A DNA stretch of 64,000 nt from a bacterium (GTDB taxonomy: Bacteria; SAR324; XYD2-FULL-50-16). Shown here piece by piece: positions 58,337 to 64,000 of the stretch. The notes under the pieces are model-generated. The model had not been told where the DNA came from, did not search any database, and saw only the letters and a list, made by a program, of their open reading frames with translations. The stretch is taken from the NCBI GenBank assembly GCA_032250835.1, contig JAVVEA010000002.1, positions 32,001 to 96,000 on the forward strand, read 5' to 3'. The translations under genes and the position numbers were made by a program. Numbering within the stretch: the stretch's first letter is position 1; each line of letters begins with the position of its first letter.

Positions 58337-59424
58337 AGAAGACCTTGGGAAAAGCGCTATTGGCTTGTTTGATTCTCTTTTTGATTGCGTATACCCTCGT
58401 GGAGAAACAAGAGCGTAAATTGTGGTGGGAGTTTGCCAAATCACAAGATAGAGACATTCTGTCTGAAATGACGGCGTCAGACGATTTGATCTATTATTTG
58501 CCGTTACACTTTGGGTACGAAGAATTAGTCGGGAACCATCGGGTCAACCACCGGAAACCTTGGGAACAATGCGTTGATATTTTGGGCCCCATATTTGGCC
58601 TAAATATGGCTCTCCTGGATGAACCAAACAAAGTCTGGCTGCCCTTCACTCAAAGCCGCAAAGATATTCCCTCAAAGGGGGAAAGCTTTGCTGTGGGGTT
58701 CTATCTTAGTAGCAGTATTTCAAAAGGTGATGATGATGTATGGTTACCGCTGGCCAGCATAGTTGAGCCTACCGATCACCGCAATCCGCAGCAGGCCTTT
58801 TATATAAACCAGCGAGACCACTACATCCACTATGCGAGTTTTTTCGGGGGACTACACGCCAAACACATCCGCATAGAAGACGGCACTTATTACTATTTGG
58901 TCTCGGTAGTTGACTTAGAAGCCCAAGAGTACAGGTTATATATCAACGGTCAAATCGCGGAAAAAGGAAAGATAACCCAGGAAAACAACCATTCTGCTGA
59001 GGGACTTTATCTAGGGGCCTTTTTCCCCGGCGCGCATAATATCGATGGGGTTATCAATGAGGTGGCTCTTTGGAAGCGGCCCCTGAGCGAAATTGAAGTT
59101 CAGGGGGTGACATCAAAAGTACGCTCCAAAAACCGGAAAATGCACCGAGAATTTGTGTGGCTTATTCGGGTGTTTTTGTTGTTGCTACTCTACTTTCTTT
59201 ATTGGAAGACTTTCCAAAAGTTGGGCTCTGATCTAGCAAATAACCTAACAATGCCCTCTAGTATATTGCCAAAAAATGGAGATGAGGTGCAGCTTTGGAC
59301 TCAGAAAATTTCTGAGTCTGACCCAGCTTATAGGGCAGAACAAAAAAGCGAATTCCAGCTTTTCCTAAAATATCAATCGGTACTCCGCAAACAGGATCAA
59401 TATGGACCTGACGGCACAAAATGA
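58333..59424 (+). CDS. Membrane-anchored LamG-like protein (two TM); paralog of 12543-13835
   Basis: 'GTYYYLVSV...LYINGQ...LYLGA...IDGVINEVALWKRPLS'. Confidence 0.78.
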   Translation: MKKTLGKALLACLILFLIAYTLVEKQERKLWWEFAKSQDRDILSEMTASDDLIYYLPLHFGYEELVGNHRVNHRKPWEQCVDILGPIFGLNMALLDEPNKVWLPFTQSRKDIPSKGESFAVGFYLSSSISKGDDDVWLPLASIVEPTDHRNPQQAFYINQRDHYIHYASFFGGLHAKHIRIEDGTYYYLVSVVDLEAQEYRLYINGQIAEKGKITQENNHSAEGLYLGAFFPGAHNIDGVINEVALWKRPLSEIEVQGVTSKVRSKNRKMHREFVWLIRVFLLLLLYFLYWKTFQKLGSDLANNLTMPSSILPKNGDEVQLWTQKISESDPAYRAEQKSEFQLFLKYQSVLRKQDQYGPDGTK

Positions 59425-60383
59425 CAAAAAGACTGGTTGTTCTCTCTCTAAAACTGTCCCTATTGTTCGCGGTAATTTACTATTTAGTTTCTACTGGTCG
59501 ACTTGAGCCTCGTTCCGTTCTACTACTTGCAGCAAACCCCCTAGAATCCAGTTCAATCGTTTTTTTTGTGTTCTTTGGGCTGATTGGCTTGACCGGATTC
59601 CGCTGGTGGCTTTTGCTTCGATCCAATGGCTTTCATTTAAGCTTGTTCCGAACTGAACAGATATTACTAATTGCTCATTTTTTTAGTACCTTCTTGCCGG
59701 GCGCTGCGGGGATCGATGTCATCAAATCTGGTTATCTCATAAAATATAGAGACGCCCAAATTTCTTCTAAAACCCCTCTATTGACCACCATTTTGCTGGA
59801 CCGGCTTTTGGGGGTTAAAGCGATTTTGATCCTGAGTTGCATATCATTGCTCAGCATGCATCGCACCACATTCTTGGAATCTCTTTTTTGGTTGGTGTTG
59901 CTAATTTTTTTGGCAATGGCCTTTGCTTTGGTGTCTTTCATCAAAGGTTTTAAAATCGGCGAAATGGGAGCCCGAAAGCTGTCTGCCTTCTTAAAAAACC
60001 AAGTGCCTACCAAGATCGTAAAGGCCCTATCTTTTTATGAAACCCAAAAGAAGGTGCTTTTTTCGGCCTTAGCTACTTCACTGTTGATCCAAATGATTAA
60101 CGTGTTGGTTTTTTACCTTATTTCTCGAATACTGCCGAGTTTTAACGCTGATTTTTTTCAGTTGGCTGCTCTAGTCCCCGTAGGCCTGCTTTTGACGATC
60201 ATCCCTTTAGGCCCTTCGGGTATCGGAGCCGGTTACATTGGCTTTGACTATCTTTTTAGCCAATTGGGAATAAGCGGAGGGGCAGAAGCTTTTAACTTGT
60301 ACATCCTTACTCAGTTGACGATCAACTTGCTCTGTGCTGTCGCCTTCCTATTTCCTATGCCGAGAGCCGCCTCAGAGCAGTAG
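59421..60383 (+). CDS. LPG-synthase TM domain flippase-like protein; paralog of 9153-10166
   Basis: 'RWWLLL', 'FFSTFLPGAAGIDVIK', 'LDRLLG', 'IPLGPSGIG'. Confidence 0.85.
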   Translation: MTKRLVVLSLKLSLLFAVIYYLVSTGRLEPRSVLLLAANPLESSSIVFFVFFGLIGLTGFRWWLLLRSNGFHLSLFRTEQILLIAHFFSTFLPGAAGIDVIKSGYLIKYRDAQISSKTPLLTTILLDRLLGVKAILILSCISLLSMHRTTFLESLFWLVLLIFLAMAFALVSFIKGFKIGEMGARKLSAFLKNQVPTKIVKALSFYETQKKVLFSALATSLLIQMINVLVFYLISRILPSFNADFFQLAALVPVGLLLTIIPLGPSGIGAGYIGFDYLFSQLGISGGAEAFNLYILTQLTINLLCAVAFLFPMPRAASEQ

Positions 60384-60539
60384 TCTCGGCCTGTTAGGTT
60401 TTGAGAGTCATCAAAAACATAACCTATTGTAGTTCTCTTATTTCGATAGATTATGACAGGTTGCGCTTACTTTTACCCATCACTTGCTCCAAAACCGAGG
60501 GTGGATACTGTCGTTCAGAAATAAAGCCTAATTCAAATT

Positions 60540-60565
60540 TGGTCTGAAATTTTCGGTGCCTTACA
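60540..60565. mobile_element. Isolated IS3-type terminal inverted repeat (relic)
   Basis: TGGTCTGAAATTTTCGGTGCCTTACA ends in CA as IS3 ends do; 21/26 identical to 17341-17366. Confidence 0.55.
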
Positions 60566-60627
60566 TTTTTTTTGGGGCAGTGTTTTTATTCGCCCACTAA
60601 TCTCAAAAAAACCAAAACCGCCGAAAC

Positions 60628-60663
60628 AAAAAAGGCCCACCAAGCGGGAACTCAGAGGGCCTT
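60628..60663 (-). terminator. Probable intrinsic terminator after ssb
   Basis: Minus strand AAGGCCC...GGGCC followed by TTTTTT, about 27 bp after the ssb stop; loop is long. Confidence 0.5.
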
Positions 60664-60689
60664 ATATACACTTAAGTCTGTGGTATATC

Positions 60690-61292
60690 CTAAAAAGGGA
60701 TATCGTCTTCGATAAAGTCATCGCCACCGCCCGGAGGGCCATAGCCGGGACCGCCGTAATCGGGGCCGCTCTGGGGCGGGCCGCTGGGGCCGGGGGCGTT
60801 ATATCCGCCACCGCCACCTTGTTGGGGAGCCCGGCTGCCGCCATAACCGCCACCTTGGGGGGCACCGCCACCGCCATAGCCACCGCCGCCTTGGGGAGCG
60901 CCACCACCGTAGCCGCCGCCTGCTGAAGGACCACCAGCACCAGCACCGGCCTGTGCGCCGCCTGGGGGGTCAAGAAACTGAAACTCGCGGCCCTGGATTT
61001 CGGTGGTGAACCGGCGGTTGTTGTCTTTGTCGGTCCATTCTTTGGTTTGGAGGCTGCCCTCGACGTATATCTGAGAGCCTTTGCGCAGGTATTGTTCGAT
61101 CACATCAGCCGCCTTATTCCAAAAAACCACGCGGTGCCACTCAGTGCGCTCTTGCTTGTTACCTGCCTTATCGTTAAAGCGTTCGCTGGTCGCAATGTTC
61201 AGCGTCACTACCGAGTGCCCACCTGGGGTTACCCGTTTTTCCGGGTCTTGGCCCAGTCTTCCGATCAACAACACTTTATTGAGATTTCCCAT
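60690..61292 (-). CDS. ssb: Single-stranded DNA-binding protein
   Basis: 'LNKVLLIGRLGQDPE', 'TEWHRVV', 'KGSQIYVEG', C-terminal 'DDIPF'. Confidence 0.97.
   Translation of the reverse strand: MGNLNKVLLIGRLGQDPEKRVTPGGHSVVTLNIATSERFNDKAGNKQERTEWHRVVFWNKAADVIEQYLRKGSQIYVEGSLQTKEWTDKDNNRRFTTEIQGREFQFLDPPGGAQAGAGAGGPSAGGGYGGGAPQGGGGYGGGGAPQGGGYGGSRAPQQGGGGGYNAPGPSGPPQSGPDYGGPGYGPPGGGDDFIEDDIPF
60802..60920 (-). repeat. Imperfect tandem coding repeat (GGGYGG-GAPQ) in the SSB linker
   Basis: About three copies of GGYGG(G)xAPQ(Q)GG visible in protein and DNA. Confidence 0.75.
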
Positions 61293-61299
61293 GCCACTC

Positions 61300-61914
61300 C
61301 TAAACTTTTTGTTTCAGCTCCGCCAGAGCTAGCCGGATCAGCTCATCTAGCGGGACCTCTGAACCTATAAATTTTTTCAATACTCTGTCAGCTTCTTTGT
61401 CAGCAAAACCCAGGTTGATCAGGGCCGAACGGGCATCAGACAAATGCCCCACCGCGCCGTTATCGATGCCTATGGTTCGGGTTGGCGCGCTCAACGAAAG
61501 GCCACCCAAATCCTTTAACTTACCCTTCAAATCCAGTAAAATCCGTTGGGCCGTTTTCTTGCCAATCCCAGGCACTTGAGTGAAGGGGCGCTCATCTTGG
61601 TTTTCTACGGTAAAGACCAACTGGTCGGGCTCGAAGAGGTCCAAGATAGCCATGGCCGCCTTGGGCCCTACCCCAGAAACGCCCAAGAGCTTGTCGAACA
61701 GTTCGCGCTGCAGGGCCGTGGGAAAGCCAAAGAGGCGTAGTGAATCTTCGCGCATCAAGGTAACTACGTAACGCTCCACCTCTTCGCCCCGGCGGGATTT
61801 TAGCTCAAGCAACTGAGCCGGACCCATCAGCAAGGCATAGCCCACCCCGCCCACGTCGATCAGCGCTTCACTAGCCAAGACCTCAACCAAGCGCCCTTTG
61901 ATCCATCCGATCAC
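61300..61914 (-). CDS. ruvA: Holliday junction branch migration protein RuvA
   Basis: GTG start at 61914 (VIGWIKG); 'DVGGVGY', 'REDSLRLFGF', 'VSGVGPK', 'PGIGKKTAQRI'. Confidence 0.95.
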   Translation of the reverse strand: MIGWIKGRLVEVLASEALIDVGGVGYALLMGPAQLLELKSRRGEEVERYVVTLMREDSLRLFGFPTALQRELFDKLLGVSGVGPKAAMAILDLFEPDQLVFTVENQDERPFTQVPGIGKKTAQRILLDLKGKLKDLGGLSLSAPTRTIGIDNGAVGHLSDARSALINLGFADKEADRVLKKFIGSEVPLDELIRLALAELKQKV

Positions 61915-62423
61915 CGCATCCCCCTGAGTTCTGGCCGGTCCATAAACTGGCGGCTGTTGGCATGGCAAATCGCCACCGCCAAGGCATCGGCCTCGTCTTC
62001 GGTGAGCTTTTTGCCCTGTAGATTTAAGATAATCTGCACCATCGACATGACTTGCGTTTTTGATGCTTTGCCCTGACCCACCACCGCCGACTTGACCTGA
62101 CTGGCCGAATATTCGGCCACTGGCAAATCCGCCATGGTCAAAGCCACCATGGCGGCCCCTCGGGCCTGACCTAAGGTCAAAGTAGACTGGGCATTGACGG
62201 ACACAAAGACCTGCTCTAAGGCGGCCTCGGCAGGTTGGTGGCTTTGGGCTACATCGCTTAAGCCCTGAAAAAGCATTTTTAGTCTCGCCGGCAGTTCACC
62301 GGCGCGGTACGCCTCAATCCGCCCGCTAGCAATCCATTTGAGGCGGCTTCCTTCTTGGTCAATCAATCCCCAGCCCGTATAGCGGCTGCCGGGGTCCACA
62401 CCCAAGATGCGCAGGTTACTCAT
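61911..62423 (-). CDS. ruvC: Holliday junction resolvase RuvC
   Basis: 'ILGVDPG', 'EQVF', 'LGQARG', 'KSAVVGQGKASK', 'DEADALAVAICH'. Confidence 0.96.
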   Translation of the reverse strand: MSNLRILGVDPGSRYTGWGLIDQEGSRLKWIASGRIEAYRAGELPARLKMLFQGLSDVAQSHQPAEAALEQVFVSVNAQSTLTLGQARGAAMVALTMADLPVAEYSASQVKSAVVGQGKASKTQVMSMVQIILNLQGKKLTEDEADALAVAICHANSRQFMDRPELRGMR

Positions 62424-63171
62424 CCATCCCAGCCAGGGCTTCGTCGCTAAAATCTACGTTAGAATAAACCACCTGCACGTCGTCATCGTCTTCTAAGGCC
62501 TCTAAGAAGGCCATCACCGCTTCGGCGTCTTCGGGGGTGGTGATTTCCGCTTTGTTTTGGGGCAGGTAATACAATACGGCCCTTGAGACCTCCACGCCCT
62601 TTTCCTCTAAATAACCCTGCACCTTAGCTAGGTCGGTTTGGTCCGTGTGGACCTCATACAACGCTTCGCCTTCGGTGTCTAATTCCTGGGCTCCGGCTTC
62701 GATGATCAGCTCCATCAAAGCATCTTCTTCAATGGACGCCTTGGGAACCTCGATCAGCCCGATCCGGGTGAAGTTAAACATCACGCTACCCGAGCTGCCC
62801 ATGTTACCGCCCTTCTTATTGAAGATGGTGCGGACGCTAGAGACCGTACGGTTGCGGTTGTCGGTCAGGCATTCGACGATCACCGCTACTTGATTGGGGC
62901 CAAAGCCTTCGTAAACGATCTCTTCATAGTCGTCGCCCTTGGCACCGCCCGCACCTTTGGCAATGGCCCGCTTGATGTTGTCGTTGGGCATGTTGGCGGA
63001 CTTGGCCAGTAAGATTGCGGCACGCAGCCGCGGGTTCGCGTCGGCATCTTCACCGCCGAGCCGGGTGGCTACGGTGATCTCTTTGATGATCTTAGTGAAA
63101 ATCTTGCTGCGTTTAGCGTCCTGAGCACCTTTACGGTGTTTGATGGTGCTCCACTTACTATGTCCCGACAT
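62416..63171 (-). CDS. yebC: YebC/PmpR family protein
   Basis: 'MSGHSKWSTIKHRKG', 'NPRLR', 'YEG', 'TDNRNRT', 'DDDDVQVVYSN'. Confidence 0.96.
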   Translation of the reverse strand: MSGHSKWSTIKHRKGAQDAKRSKIFTKIIKEITVATRLGGEDADANPRLRAAILLAKSANMPNDNIKRAIAKGAGGAKGDDYEEIVYEGFGPNQVAVIVECLTDNRNRTVSSVRTIFNKKGGNMGSSGSVMFNFTRIGLIEVPKASIEEDALMELIIEAGAQELDTEGEALYEVHTDQTDLAKVQGYLEEKGVEVSRAVLYYLPQNKAEITTPEDAEAVMAFLEALEDDDDVQVVYSNVDFSDEALAGMDE

Positions 63172-63190
63172 GTCGTTTTTTTAAATGGGT

Positions 63191-64000
63191 TTAGCTGACG
63201 ATGCGTCCGACTAGATCGTAGGGATGGGCTTCGGTGATCTCGACCTCGACGAAGGTCCCGGCGGTGGCTTGGCCGTCATTGATCAAGACCACACCGTCCA
63301 CTTCGACCCCCTGGCGGGCGTTGCGCCCTTCTAACAGGAGGTCCGTTTCCCTGGAGGTACCTTCTACCAAAACTTTTTGGATCTGGCCAACCTGCTTTTG
63401 GTTTTTGGCAAAGGAGACTTCTTGCTGGGCGAGCATGACCGCTTCGCGCCGCTCTTCGCAGACCTCTTCGGGTACTTTGTCGTCTAGCCGGTTGCTGAAG
63501 ATATTGTCTTCGTCTGAATAAGCAAAGACGCCTAGGTGGTCAAACCACCCTTCTTGCACAAACTTTAGCAATTCCTCAAATTGGCGGTCCGTCTCGCCGG
63601 GGAAGCCCACGATCAAGCTGGTGCGGATGGAGACCCCCGGTAGCTTGGTGCGGGCCTGTTCCAGCAGCTTTTCCAGCTTTTCACGGGTGATCTTGCGGTT
63701 CATGGCCTTTAAGACCCGGTCGTTGACGTGCTGAAAAGGCAGGTCCAGATAGGGCACAAAGCGCGGGTCGGCGGCCATTAGGTCCAATAACTCCAGCGGA
63801 AATCGGTTGGGGTAGCAGTAAAACAACCGTACCCAAAAATCCCCTTCCAGCTTGGAGAGTTCACCCACCAGCCCCATCAAATCTTGGTCCCGGTCGATTC
63901 CGAAGCTGCTGGTGTCCTGACTGATTAAGTTCAATTCTTTGACCCCTTGCCCGATCAACCCTTTACATTCCTGCACCACCCGCTGGATAGCCTTGGAATG
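63191..64000 (-). CDS. rimO: Ribosomal protein S12 methylthiotransferase, 3' part (5' end outside the window)
   Basis: 'LISQDT', 'WVRLFYCYP', 'PYLDLPFQH', 'IVGFPGET', 'FAYSDE', TRAM domain 'VDG...YDLVG'; frame open to base 64000. Confidence 0.92.
   Translation of the reverse strand, partial: HSKAIQRVVQECKGLIGQGVKELNLISQDTSSFGIDRDQDLMGLVGELSKLEGDFWVRLFYCYPNRFPLELLDLMAADPRFVPYLDLPFQHVNDRVLKAMNRKITREKLEKLLEQARTKLPGVSIRTSLIVGFPGETDRQFEELLKFVQEGWFDHLGVFAYSDEDNIFSNRLDDKVPEEVCEERREAVMLAQQEVSFAKNQKQVGQIQKVLVEGTSRETDLLLEGRNARQGVEVDGVVLINDGQATAGTFVEVEITEAHPYDLVGRIVS

Noticed and set aside
17341-60565. Composite transposon bounded by the two IS ends
   Set aside because: The ends are in direct, not inverted, orientation; the interval contains core genes and parS; no target duplication seen
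1-64000. CRISPR arrays, tRNA/rRNA genes, prophage or defence genes
   Set aside because: None recognised on either strand by inspection

Overview
Bacterial chromosomal window, probably near the replication origin because it carries two perfect parS palindromes. The lineage looks Gram-negative and deltaproteobacterium-like, but that is inference only. About 1-39.7 kb and 51.6-60.4 kb form a large, mosaic surface-glycan biosynthesis and modification region. It holds four cobalamin-type radical SAM genes, four class I methyltransferases, a Trm112-like protein, three GT4 and three GT2 glycosyltransferases, five GT-C-like polytopic membrane proteins, Wzx plus two LPG-synthase-TM-type flippases, an SGNH protein, and CDP-, GDP-, heptose and amino-sugar enzymes. 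Housekeeping blocks interrupt it: recJ, tyrA, kdsB and kdsA, miaA, and rimO-yebC-ruvC-ruvA-ssb. Most notable findings: (1) a three-gene GT-C + two-TM LamG protein + flippase module present twice, ~45 kb apart, in shuffled order; (2) a 1167-aa GT-C-like protein with two PAN/apple domains embedded in a helical repeat; (3) HpnJ-like B12 radical SAM enzymes concentrated in a glycan locus; (4) an LmtA-like membrane methyltransferase heading the kdsA-kdsB operon; (5) an unannotated IS3 relic whose end supplies the C-terminus of the SGNH gene, with a sister end at 60.5 kb. All family assignments come from motif recognition by eye; no searches were run.
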